A stretch of 64,000 nucleotides of DNA from an uncultured Rickettsiales bacterium (GTDB lineage: Bacteria > Myxococcota_A > UBA796 > UBA9615 > CAYRNR01), in NCBI GenBank assembly GCA_964584075.1, contig CAZOYV010000001.1, positions 25,701-89,700 on the forward strand, read 5' to 3'. This document shows, piece after piece, positions 26,097-35,142 of the stretch (its first letter is position 1; every line of letters begins with the position of its first letter). The notes under the pieces were generated by a model. The model was not told the origin of the DNA, ran no database searches, and saw only the letters and a program-made list of their open reading frames with translations. The translations under genes and the position numbers were made by a program.

Positions 26097-27538
26097 CGCG
26101 CCTCCCGGGCGCCGCGCGAGCGCAGCCGCAGCCGCATCAGCCACCCGTAGAGGTCCGAGGAGCGGCGCAGGCCCCGGGTGACGACGAGCCGCTGGGGGCC
26201 GGGGCGCAGCAAGGTCGCCCGCAGCACCGCGGCCCAGCGCCGCAGGCTGCGGGCCTCGGCGGCCGCCACCGGGCGCGGCTCGATCCACGTCGCCGGGTCG
26301 AGGGGCGCGGGGTGGAAGCGGGCCCCGCCGGCGCCCTCGTCGAGCAGCAGCGCGGCGGCGACGGCCAGCACGTCCACGGCGCGCTGCCGGGCGCGGCGGA
26401 CCGGGTCGCCCCCTGCGGCGCGCTCGACCAGCTCCACCGGGTGCAGGATCTCCAGCGCGTCCCCGCCGAGGACCGCGGCGAGGTTGAGGAACAGGTAGCA
26501 CGCGGGGCAGGACGCCACGACCGCCTCGGCGCCCGCGGCGTGGGCCTCGTCCAGCCGCCGGCGCAGGCTGGCCAGCATGTAGGTCAGCGAGCGCCGCGGG
26601 CGGTCCGAGCCGGGCCCGTAGAGCGTCGGGATCGTCGCGGCCCAGCCGCAGCACAGGGTGCGGTCGCGGCAGTGCTCCATCTCCACCAGCGAGCCGCCGC
26701 AGGCGCGCACCACGTCCCGCACCGCGCCGTGCAGCCGGCCGCCGAGGTAGCGCGACATGCAGTGGTCGTGGACCGCGACGCGGCCGGTCTGCGGCGCGGT
26801 GACCTCGATCTCGCCGCGCTGCAGCCGGTCCCGCAGCCACTCGTCGAGCGTCCCGACCTCGACGTCGAACCGGGCGCCGTAGCGTTGCGGCAGGACCTCG
26901 GAGAGCATCGCCGCCTCGGCCGACATGAAGCACCACACCTTGCGCACGCCCATCCGCTGGAACGCCCGCTGCAGCAGCGGCGCGACCTGCGCGGTGTGGT
27001 CGAGCAGCCCCATCTTGTGGGTGTCGCCGCCGCAGCCCCACAGCCCCTCGGCGCCCGCGGTGTGCGGCCGCAGCGGGTCCAGGACGGTGGCCTGGCCGAG
27101 GTACGGCACCAGGTTGGCGTAGAACCCGGTGAGCAGGATCTCGTCGTGCGGGCGGTCGAGCGCCAGGCGCCAGCGGTCCAGCAGCGAGCGCTCGCCGGGA
27201 CCCATCAGGCACCGCACCCCGCTCCACAGGTTGCCCCGCTCGGTGGGCAGCACCAGCCGCGCCACGGGCGGCAACCCGCGGGCCCGCCCGTCCTCGAAGA
27301 ACCGCTGCAGCAGCAGCTCGTACGGGTCGGCCCGCTGCGGGCACAGCGCGTCGCACAGGTTGCAGGTGGTGCAGTAGCGGAACGCCTTGGAGCGCTCGAC
27401 GTCGCCGGCGATCAGCGCCTCGATGTCGCGCCGCGCCTCGGCCTCGGGCAGCCCCAGCACGGGGCATTCCATGAAACACAGCCCGCAGCGGTCGCAGCGC
27501 TCCTCGCGGAACCAGCGGAACCGTGTGTCGGCCGTCAC
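26093..27538 (-). CDS. Fe-S oxidoreductase with two 4Fe-4S motifs and two CCG domains, paralogue B
   Basis: MTADTRFRWFREERCDRCGLCFMECP...CTTCNLCDALCP...WGCGGDTHKMG...CCGWAAT. ATGA overlap with paralogue A. Confidence 0.65.
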   Translation of the reverse strand: MTADTRFRWFREERCDRCGLCFMECPVLGLPEAEARRDIEALIAGDVERSKAFRYCTTCNLCDALCPQRADPYELLLQRFFEDGRARGLPPVARLVLPTERGNLWSGVRCLMGPGERSLLDRWRLALDRPHDEILLTGFYANLVPYLGQATVLDPLRPHTAGAEGLWGCGGDTHKMGLLDHTAQVAPLLQRAFQRMGVRKVWCFMSAEAAMLSEVLPQRYGARFDVEVGTLDEWLRDRLQRGEIEVTAPQTGRVAVHDHCMSRYLGGRLHGAVRDVVRACGGSLVEMEHCRDRTLCCGWAATIPTLYGPGSDRPRRSLTYMLASLRRRLDEAHAAGAEAVVASCPACYLFLNLAAVLGGDALEILHPVELVERAAGGDPVRRARQRAVDVLAVAAALLLDEGAGGARFHPAPLDPATWIEPRPVAAAEARSLRRWAAVLRATLLRPGPQRLVVTRGLRRSSDLYGWLMRLRLRSRGAREAR

Positions 27539-27551
27539 CGCCGCCCCCCCC

Positions 27552-28766
27552 TCATGGATCCCACGGTCCCAGCGGCGGCAGGTGGAGGCGGCGGCGGGAC
27601 AGCAGCGCCGGCCCCTGGTGGCGGGTCACCCCGGCGAGCACCGTCGCGGCCCGGCGGCGCTTCTCGGCCATGCTCGGCACCGGCTCGCCGAGGGCCATCT
27701 GGAGCAGCTCCATCAGGTGGTACACCGGCTGCCGCGAGCGGGGATCGGCGAGCTGGCCGGTCGGCAGCATCTGGGCGCACCCGGCGCAGTAGGTCGCGAT
27801 CGCGTCGGCGCCGGTGCGGCGGGCCGAGGTCAGCGCCCGGACCGTCGCGCGGGTGATCTCGGCGGGGTGGAACGCCGAGCTGGGGCTGAACCCCCCGGCG
27901 ATCCCGCAGCACAGGGCGCGGTCCCCGTGCAGCGGCTGCTCGACGACGCGGACGCCGAGCCGCTCGAGCAGCGCCCGCGGCCGGTCGAGGAACTCCTGCC
28001 CGAACAGCTTGCCGTAGCACGACTCCTGGATCGTGACCGTCAGCTCCAGCCGGCGCCGGATCGTCAGCTCCCCGCGGTCGAGGCGCCGCAGCAGCCACGG
28101 CACGACGTGCTCCACCTCGGCGGGCAGCGTGACGCCGAACCGCGGCATCACGTGGCGCATCATGTTCAGCCCGGCGGTGCACGGCACGATCAGCCGCTCG
28201 ACCTGCAGCCGCTCGACGAACGCCACGAGCCGCTCGGCGGACTGCCGGACCCGGTCGAACAGCCCCATCCGGTAGTACGTCTCGCCGCAGCAGTCCGCCA
28301 GCGTGCCGCGGATCGTGACCCCGTCGAGGGCCCGCGTGCGCGCCAGGTACGGCGCGGTGATCCAGTTGCAGCCGGGGTACAGGATCTCCGCCGCCGGCGA
28401 GCGATCGGCCCAGCCGCGGACCATCGCCGCCTCGTCGGCCGGCAGCCGCGCCACCACGTACGACCGGAAGTTGTGCTCCTCGTGGGGCACGTAGTACCGG
28501 GCCCGGGCCGGGAGCCCGTCGCGGCGGATCGCCTCGCTCCAGCGGTCGAGGATCAGCTGGGTCGGGTTGGCCCCCTCGGGGCACCCGAGGTTGCACGCGA
28601 AGCAGCTCTGGCAGCGCTGCAGCACCGCCCGGGTGTCGCGGCCGTCCCGCAGCCGGCGCATCTCGTCCACCGCCTCGCCCACCGGCAGCCGCAGCACGGG
28701 GCAGCGGTGGAAGCACTCCCCGCAGAGGCGACAGCGGTCGGGGTCGAAGGCGGCGAACAGGTCCAT
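27552..28766 (-). CDS. Fe-S oxidoreductase with two 4Fe-4S motifs and two CCG domains, paralogue C
   Basis: MDLFAAFDPDRCRLCGECFHRCP...CQSCFACNLGCP...CCGETYYRMG...CCGIAGG. A 13-nt gap separates it from paralogue B. Confidence 0.65.
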   Translation of the reverse strand: MDLFAAFDPDRCRLCGECFHRCPVLRLPVGEAVDEMRRLRDGRDTRAVLQRCQSCFACNLGCPEGANPTQLILDRWSEAIRRDGLPARARYYVPHEEHNFRSYVVARLPADEAAMVRGWADRSPAAEILYPGCNWITAPYLARTRALDGVTIRGTLADCCGETYYRMGLFDRVRQSAERLVAFVERLQVERLIVPCTAGLNMMRHVMPRFGVTLPAEVEHVVPWLLRRLDRGELTIRRRLELTVTIQESCYGKLFGQEFLDRPRALLERLGVRVVEQPLHGDRALCCGIAGGFSPSSAFHPAEITRATVRALTSARRTGADAIATYCAGCAQMLPTGQLADPRSRQPVYHLMELLQMALGEPVPSMAEKRRRAATVLAGVTRHQGPALLSRRRLHLPPLGPWDP

Positions 28767-28843
28767 CCGGTCTCGGCCGCCCCGCCTCGTCGTCCCCCGC
28801 GGGGAAGCCCCTCCTGGCTGGCCACGATACCACGTCGCGCGCG

Positions 28844-30061
28844 GTGGTCGACTGTTGCCCGCCGGATCGATACGATTCCGGGTACCGACCCCGGCAAGAC
28901 CTCGGCGACCCGAAGCGAGAGAGCGAACAAGTGGACACCCTCGAGAAGCTGATCGAGATCCGCGAGCAGTACCTGGGCAAGGACCACCCGACCCTCGCCC
29001 ACCTCCGCGAGGCCGCCCGCCAGGCCGAGCTCTCGGCCAGCGCGCCGCACCACGCGCCCCCGGCGCCCGGGCCCGGGGGGCCGGTCCCCGAGTCGCAGGA
29101 CGGCTACCACTTCCCGCTCTACGAGGGCCACCCCCACGCCTTCTGGTACGCCGAGTGGTGGTACCTCAACTTCATCGACCCCGCCTCGGGCCGGGCCGGG
29201 ATCGTCGCGATGGAGACGCTCAACCCCGGCAGCGTCGGGGTCCCCGGCGCCTGCGCGACGACCACCGTGGTGTACGACCCGGCGCGCGGCAAGCCGATGA
29301 CGACCCTCGACCCCCACTGTCTTGTGCAGTGGGCGGCGTCCACCGAGAAGGCCGACGTCACCGCCGCCGACGACATCCTGCGCGTGCTCGACGACGGGAC
29401 CTACTGGCTGCGCGCCCGCACCGCCAACGGCCGCGCCTCGTTCGACCTGAAGTACACCCAGGCCGCCTCGCCCCAGTTCCTCGGCGACAACGCCAGCCTG
29501 CCGGGCACCTGGGAGCACATGAGCTGGCTGGTGTGGATGCCCCACGCCCGGGTCAGCGGCACGTTCACCTTCGACGGGGTGACCACCGAGCTGCACGACG
29601 TCCCCGGCTACCACGACCACAACTGGGGGACGTGGCGCTCCACCGAGCGGATGTGGGTCTGGGCCCAGTTCGCCTCGCCCACCGAGGACCTGGCGTTCGT
29701 CGTGCCGCCCGACCTGACCTTCACCGGGGTCAAGGGCTACCTGCGCTACCACGGCACCGAGATGTTCTTCTCGCCGCAGAACATGCGGTACGAGCCCCGC
29801 GACTGGAAGCACTGGGAGGTGTTCTGGAGGTACCCGATGGCGGCGTCGCTGCGCTGCGTCGACGACACCGGCGAGTACAAGCTGGAGGTCGACTGGCAGG
29901 TCGAGGAGAACGCCACGGTGTGGAAGTCGATCCTGCTGATCTTCGAGCAGCGGACCCGGTTCCAGGGGACGCTGTACCGCGCGGACGGCCAGGGTGGCTG
30001 GACCGTGCTGAAGGAGATCGACGAGGAGGGGTTCAGCGAGTACACCAACGCCTGGGTCTGA
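28844..30061 (+). CDS. Hypothetical protein, possibly CrtC/AttH-like (lipocalin-fold hydratase family); assignment weak
   Basis: Motifs HAFWYAEWWYLNF and PGYHDHNWGTW are reminiscent of the hydroxyneurosporene-synthase/AttH family. An alternative start GTG at about 28931 is preceded by gagag. Confidence 0.4.
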   Translation: MVDCCPPDRYDSGYRPRQDLGDPKRESEQVDTLEKLIEIREQYLGKDHPTLAHLREAARQAELSASAPHHAPPAPGPGGPVPESQDGYHFPLYEGHPHAFWYAEWWYLNFIDPASGRAGIVAMETLNPGSVGVPGACATTTVVYDPARGKPMTTLDPHCLVQWAASTEKADVTAADDILRVLDDGTYWLRARTANGRASFDLKYTQAASPQFLGDNASLPGTWEHMSWLVWMPHARVSGTFTFDGVTTELHDVPGYHDHNWGTWRSTERMWVWAQFASPTEDLAFVVPPDLTFTGVKGYLRYHGTEMFFSPQNMRYEPRDWKHWEVFWRYPMAASLRCVDDTGEYKLEVDWQVEENATVWKSILLIFEQRTRFQGTLYRADGQGGWTVLKEIDEEGFSEYTNAWV

Positions 30062-30074
30062 GCCGCGGCGAGGC

Positions 30075-32129
30075 ATGAGCAGGGACGACCGAGTCACCGA
30101 GGTGATGCCCCGCTCCACGGGGAACTACGCCCGCATGGGTCCCCGCGCGGCCCTGCTGTGCCAGGCCCTGTGGGTCCTGCTCGTGGTCAGCGTGCTGGTG
30201 CTCGACGTCGCGGGCGCGCTGGTGCGCCACGACGAGCTGGTGATCCCGATCCCCGAGGGTGGGGACCCGGCGATCGGCCAGTACCTGCCCGCCGAGCACG
30301 AGGCGCTGGCGGAGCTCGGCATCTCGATCTCCAGCGTGGTCCTGTACCTGGAGGGCCTGTCCGGCGCGGTGACGCTGGCCTGCCTGGCCTTCGGCGCGCT
30401 GATCTACTGGCGCCGGCGGGACAGCCTGGTGGCGTTCGTGGCCTCGCTGTTCCTGATCCTGGTGTCCATCGCGATGACGCAGAACGTCGACGCGCTGGCC
30501 CGGGCCGACGGCCACCTCGAGCCCGTCGCGAACCTGTTCCAGTCGCTGTCCTCGGCGTCGGTCCTGCTGCTGCTGCTGCTGTTCCCCAACGGGCGCCTGA
30601 CGACTCGCTGGCTGCACTGGGTGCTGCTGCTGTGGGTCGCGCTCCACGCGGTCCGGCTGCTGCTGCCCCACCCGCCGTTCGCCGAGGATCTGTGGTCGCC
30701 GGCGACGCTGTTCCTGCTCAACCTGCCGTTCTACCTGCTCGGGCTGGCCCTGCAGGTGCGGCGCTACCGCTCGATCTCCACGCCGGCCGAGCGCCAGCAG
30801 ACCAAGTGGATCGTGGTGGCGTTCGCCGCGCTGGTGGCGATCCACGCGGTGATCGTGGTGACGGTCTACGCGCTGCCCGCGGCGCTGGGGACGCCGCGGC
30901 TGCTGGACCGCCCGCTGCTCGACCTGGCCCACATCCTGGTGCTGTTCCACCTGTTCGTCGCGGCGCTGGCGCTGACCCCGGTGGCGTTCACCTTCGCGAT
31001 CCTGCGCTACCGGCTGTGGGACATCGACTTCATCATCAACCGCTCGCTGGTCTACGGCTCGCTGACCGCGGGGCTGGTGGCGTTCTTCGCCGTGTGCGTG
31101 TTCGCCACGCGCCAGGTGATGACGCTGTTCACCACCGGCGAGCACCTGTGGGTCGCGCTGTGCGTCGCGATGCTGGCGGTGGGCGTGGCGTTCCAGCCGA
31201 GCCGCCGGTTCCTGCACGACTGGGTCAACCGCCGGCTGTACGGGATCGGGATCCGGCCGCGCCGGCCGGTGGCCGTCGACGGGCTGCCCACCCGCCAGCT
31301 CCCGACCTTCGAGGGCTACCGCGACCTGCGGCTGATCGGCCGCGGGGGGATGGCGGAGGTCTACCGCGCCACGGACCCCGCCGGCTCCCGGGACGTGGCG
31401 ATCAAGATCATGGACGAGGCGCTGGCCGCGGACGACCCGATCTACGTGCGCCGCTTCGAGCGGGAGGTCGCCATCGTCCGCCAGCTGCAGCACGACAACA
31501 TCGTGCGGCTCTACGGCCACGGCGTGACCCCCGACGGCACGCGGTTCATGGTCATGGAGTACGTCGACGGCGTCGACCTCGGCCGGCACCTGTCGCGCCG
31601 CGAGCGCCTGACGCTGGACGAGGCGCTGCCGTTCCTGCAGGACCTGGCCCGCGCCCTGGACTACGCGCACGGCGAGGGGGTCGTCCACCGCGACCTGAAG
31701 CCCTCCAACGTGCTGCTGGATGCCTCGCAGGGGGGCCTCGAGGCGCCCCACCGGGCCGTGCTCGGCGACTTCGGGATCGCCAAGCTGGCCGCCGCCGAGT
31801 CCGACCTGACCGCCACCAACCTGGTGGGCACGCTCGACTACATCTCGCCCGAGCAGATCCAGGACGCCGCCGACGTGGACGGCCGGGCCGACGTCTACTC
31901 CGTCGGGGTGCTGGCCTACCAGCTGCTCACGGGCCGGCGGCCGTTCGAGAAGAGCAGCCCGGTGGCGCTGATGCTGGCCCACCTGCAGCAGCCGCCGGAC
32001 GACCCCCGGGCCCTCGTCCCGGATCTCCCACCCCCCGCCGCCGAGGGGGTCCTCACGGCGCTGGCCAAGCGTCCCCAGGACCGGTTCGCGACGGTGGGCC
32101 AGATGGTCGCGGCGCTGCGGCCGGCGTGA
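30075..32129 (+). CDS. Ser/Thr protein kinase with an N-terminal polytopic membrane domain (about 9 TM) and a C-terminal Hanks-type kinase domain
   Basis: LIGRGGMAEVYRA...VAIKIM, HRDLKPSNVLL, DFGIAK, GTLDYISPE. The N-terminal roughly 400 aa is hydrophobic helix-rich (LLVVSVLVLDVAGALV, LLLLLLFPNG, etc.). Confidence 0.8.
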   Translation: MSRDDRVTEVMPRSTGNYARMGPRAALLCQALWVLLVVSVLVLDVAGALVRHDELVIPIPEGGDPAIGQYLPAEHEALAELGISISSVVLYLEGLSGAVTLACLAFGALIYWRRRDSLVAFVASLFLILVSIAMTQNVDALARADGHLEPVANLFQSLSSASVLLLLLLFPNGRLTTRWLHWVLLLWVALHAVRLLLPHPPFAEDLWSPATLFLLNLPFYLLGLALQVRRYRSISTPAERQQTKWIVVAFAALVAIHAVIVVTVYALPAALGTPRLLDRPLLDLAHILVLFHLFVAALALTPVAFTFAILRYRLWDIDFIINRSLVYGSLTAGLVAFFAVCVFATRQVMTLFTTGEHLWVALCVAMLAVGVAFQPSRRFLHDWVNRRLYGIGIRPRRPVAVDGLPTRQLPTFEGYRDLRLIGRGGMAEVYRATDPAGSRDVAIKIMDEALAADDPIYVRRFEREVAIVRQLQHDNIVRLYGHGVTPDGTRFMVMEYVDGVDLGRHLSRRERLTLDEALPFLQDLARALDYAHGEGVVHRDLKPSNVLLDASQGGLEAPHRAVLGDFGIAKLAAAESDLTATNLVGTLDYISPEQIQDAADVDGRADVYSVGVLAYQLLTGRRPFEKSSPVALMLAHLQQPPDDPRALVPDLPPPAAEGVLTALAKRPQDRFATVGQMVAALRPA

Positions 32130-32174
32130 CCCGGCCTCCGACATCCACGCGGGCAGGAGGTCGCGCGCGGTAGG

Positions 32175-33080
32175 ATGGCGCTCATGAGCAAGTCCCGGAC
32201 AACGTCCCTGTGGCGCGGGCTGGGTCGCTTCCTGGAGTCCGACGCCGGCGCCGACCTGGCCGAGATGGCGGGCGGCGTGGTCAACCGGCTCGGAGCCCGG
32301 ACCGCGCCGGTGATGCGCGGCGAGATCCCGTGGAGCCCGCTGGCCAAGCCGCTCGCCGAGTGCCGCGTGGCGGTGGTCTCGACCGCCGGCTTCCACCGCT
32401 CCACGGACGAGCCGTTCGACGTCGACGCCGCCCTGGGCGACCCCAGCTTCCGCACGATCCCGTCCGACGTCGATCTCGCCGACCTGAGGGTGACCCACAC
32501 CCACTACTCGCACCGCTACGTCGACCGGGACCCCAACGTGCTGATGCCCCTGGACCGCCTCCGCGAGCTGGAGCGGGCCGGCGTGTTCCAGCTCGCCCCG
32601 CGGTTCTTCGCCTTCGGGTTCGCCGGGACGATCACCTCGGCGTTCGTCGAGCCCCCGGACGGCACCGCCCACCAGGTGGCCCGCAGGCTGCGCGACGACG
32701 GCGCCGACATCGTCCTGCTGATCCCTGCGTGACCGCTGTGCAACCGGGCCGGTGGCCTGGTCACGAGGACGGCGGAGGCGTACGGCCTGACCACCGTGGA
32801 CCTGTCGATCAACCGCGGGATCACCGAGCGCATCGGCGCGCCCCGCGGCGTGTTCGTGCGCTTCCCCCACGGCGCCTCGCTGGGCGAGCCCGGGGCGATC
32901 GACCAGCAGATGACCGTCCTGCGCGACCTGCTGTGGGCGGTGCAGGACCTGCGGGAGCCCGGGAGGATCATCGAGCCCGGCCACCGCTGGCGGCGCTCCC
33001 GCTACGCGCCGGTGGACCCGGCGTCGTTCCAGCGCGAGCGGCCGTTCGAGCGCGACGGCCCGGGGAACGGTCGACCGTGA
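32175..33080 (+). CDS. PrdB/GrdB-family (proline/glycine reductase component B-like) selenoprotein with an in-frame TGA (Sec) at 32730-32732
   Basis: Track ORFs 32175..32732 and 32796..33080 are in the same frame, separated only by one TGA, with no other stops. Alignment to PrdB as I recall it: VAVVSTAGFH~VALVTAAGVH; FRTIPSDVDLADLRVTHTHYS~FRVIPGDASVNDMMVSHGGYD; MPLDRLRELERAG~FPIDRLHELAAEG; DIVLLIPA-U-PLCNRAG~DAVLLTAG-U-GTCHRSA (the Sec-x-x-Cys active site). Confidence 0.75.
32744..32760 (+). promoter_or_regulatory. Putative SECIS hairpin for the PrdB-like gene
   Basis: Begins 11 nt after the UGA. ccgGGCC-ggu-GGCCugg forms a 7-bp stem (one G.U) with a G/U-containing apical loop, matching the bacterial SECIS spacing and loop rule. 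Confidence 0.5.
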
Positions 33081-34834
33081 CCGATCCCGCCGCGAGGGGG
33101 GCCCCGGTGGGCCGCGACGAGGCCCTGACCGGAGCCGCGGCGCTCGCCGGGTCCGCGGCGCTGGTGGCGCTGGGGCTGCGGCTGGCGGGGGGCTGGGAGT
33201 CGTCCCCGGCGGCGGTCGCGGCCGTGGTCTCGCTGCCCGCCCTGGCCGGCATCCTGGCGCTGCTCGTGGCCGGTCGCGACGCCGGGCCGCTGCGCGCCGC
33301 AGCGGCAGCCGGGCTCGGCGGCGGCGTGCTGGTCGGGATCGCCGGGACGCTGGCGACCCCGGCGTACTGGTTCTCCCCCGACGTGGCCTGGCACACCGCG
33401 AAGGTCGCGCTGGCCGCCGACGGCCACCCGTGGCAGGACCCGATCCTCCGGGTGCGCTCGTTCTACCCGTTCACGTTCCACTGGCTGCTGGCCTGGCCCG
33501 TCCGCCTGGGGCTCCCGCTGCGCGCCGTGATGACCGGCACCTCGGCCGTGGCCCTCGTGGGGGTCCTGGCGTCGTTCTGGTGGTGTGTCCGGGGCCGGGT
33601 CGGGCCCGTCCCGGCAGCGTGGGCCACGCTGGCGCTGCCGCTGGCGTTCCCCGCCCCGCTGCGGGGCTACATGTTGCTGCCATCGCCCGCGAACCTGTCG
33701 TGGGCTCCGCTGCTGGTGGGGACCGGCCTGGCCCTGCGCGCCGGGACGACGAAGCCGGGCTGCGGGGCCGTCGCGGCCGGGGCCCTCCTGGGGCTGGCCG
33801 GCCTGCTGTGGTACGGGCACCTGCCGCTGCTGGGGCTGCTGGTCGTCCTGCTGGCGGTCTCGTCTCGGCCGCTGGCGCTGCGGCTGGTGGCCGGGGCGTC
33901 GCTCCCCGCGGCGATCTTCGCGTTGCACGTCCTGAGCCTGTCCCCCGGGGAGGTGTCGGGGTTCGTGGCGCCATCGCTGGAGGGTCCCCTCGCGGAGCGC
34001 CTCGCGGCGATGTCGCGCAACGCCCTGAGCCTCTCCGGAGCAGACCCATGGGGACACGCACCGTGGTGGATCGGGCTGCTCGCCGGCGCGGCGCTGGCGT
34101 GGAGCCTGCGCTACCCCGGCGATGCCCGCGGGGACCGGACGATGCTGCCCCGGATGGCGCTCGCCGCGGGGGCGAGCCTGGCCGCCGCCGGCCTGCTGAT
34201 GCGGTACTGGGAGCCGTTCTCGTGGCGCTACGCGGCGGTGCTGTGGATCGTGGTGCTGCTGCTCGCCGCCTCGGGTCGCCCGTGGCGGATCGCCGGCCGG
34301 TCCGTCCCCCCCACCGCGGCGCTCGCGCTGCTCGCGGTGCTGCTGGTCCCCCGCTGGTGGCTCCCCGTCCTGCAGGACACCGTGGCGATGGACCAGCTCC
34401 ACGAGGAGTGCGGCGCCGAGGTCTCGACGTTCCTGGAGCAGCACACCGCTCCCGACGAGCCGGTGTTCGCCTCGGCGGCCACCTGGGAGCACGCGATCGG
34501 CTGCTGCACGCCCCGCCCCAACCTGGTCGACCGCGACATGGGGACCTACAAGTACGCCCCACCCGGCGTCGCCGCGCCGCGCTACCGGGACTACCTCGCC
34601 GTGGTCGCGGCCCCCACGGCCGCCGAGGCCCGCGCTCTGCTGGAGCCCTACGGCTTCCGCTACGCGGTGATCCACGTGCAGGACCAGGCGCGCCCCGGCC
34701 TCGCCGCGCTGGCCCGGGGATACGAGCCGCGGCTGATCACCCGCGACTACCTCGTGGTCGATCTCGACGCCCCGACGCTCGAGCGGCCCGCGATCGACCT
34801 CGAGGGCCAGCCGGCGGCGGGGGAGTCGAACTGA
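33077..34834 (+). CDS. Polytopic integral membrane protein (about 585 aa) with a C-terminal soluble domain, translationally coupled (GTGA) to the PrdB-like gene
   Basis: In-frame part of track ORF 32210..34834. The GTG overlaps the stop of the upstream gene. Many TM segments (LALVGVLASFWWCV, LLGLAGLLWYGHLPLLGLLVVLLAV). Confidence 0.45.
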   Translation: MTDPAARGAPVGRDEALTGAAALAGSAALVALGLRLAGGWESSPAAVAAVVSLPALAGILALLVAGRDAGPLRAAAAAGLGGGVLVGIAGTLATPAYWFSPDVAWHTAKVALAADGHPWQDPILRVRSFYPFTFHWLLAWPVRLGLPLRAVMTGTSAVALVGVLASFWWCVRGRVGPVPAAWATLALPLAFPAPLRGYMLLPSPANLSWAPLLVGTGLALRAGTTKPGCGAVAAGALLGLAGLLWYGHLPLLGLLVVLLAVSSRPLALRLVAGASLPAAIFALHVLSLSPGEVSGFVAPSLEGPLAERLAAMSRNALSLSGADPWGHAPWWIGLLAGAALAWSLRYPGDARGDRTMLPRMALAAGASLAAAGLLMRYWEPFSWRYAAVLWIVVLLLAASGRPWRIAGRSVPPTAALALLAVLLVPRWWLPVLQDTVAMDQLHEECGAEVSTFLEQHTAPDEPVFASAATWEHAIGCCTPRPNLVDRDMGTYKYAPPGVAAPRYRDYLAVVAAPTAAEARALLEPYGFRYAVIHVQDQARPGLAALARGYEPRLITRDYLVVDLDAPTLERPAIDLEGQPAAGESN

Positions 34835-34863
34835 GATCGTGGCTGATAGAATCCCCCGCACCG

Positions 34864-35061
34864 ATGACCTACAACTTCGACCCGGACCGCTGGTACGACA
34901 ACCACCGCGACCTGCTGGAGGCGCGGCACCGGCGCGGGGAGCTGGACGACGACGCGCTGGCCGAGGCGCTCGAGGAGCTCGACCGGCGCTACGAGGAGAT
35001 GACCGACCGGCTCGACCGGGCCTACGTGATCCCCGGCGCCGCCGATCGGGAGCGGCCCTGA
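34864..35061 (+). CDS. Small acidic hypothetical protein (65 aa)
   Basis: ATG at 34864: MTYNFDPDRWYDNHRDLLEARHRRGELDDDALAEALEELDRRYEEMTDRLDRAYVIPGAADRERP. Short, and the composition is only modestly protein-like. Confidence 0.3.
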   Translation: MTYNFDPDRWYDNHRDLLEARHRRGELDDDALAEALEELDRRYEEMTDRLDRAYVIPGAADRERP

Positions 35062-35142
35062 CCGCCGCCGACCCTCGCCCCGCGCGGTCCTCGCTCGCGC
35101 CCCGGCCGCTCCCCGGCGGGGCGCGGTGGTAGGCTGGACGGC

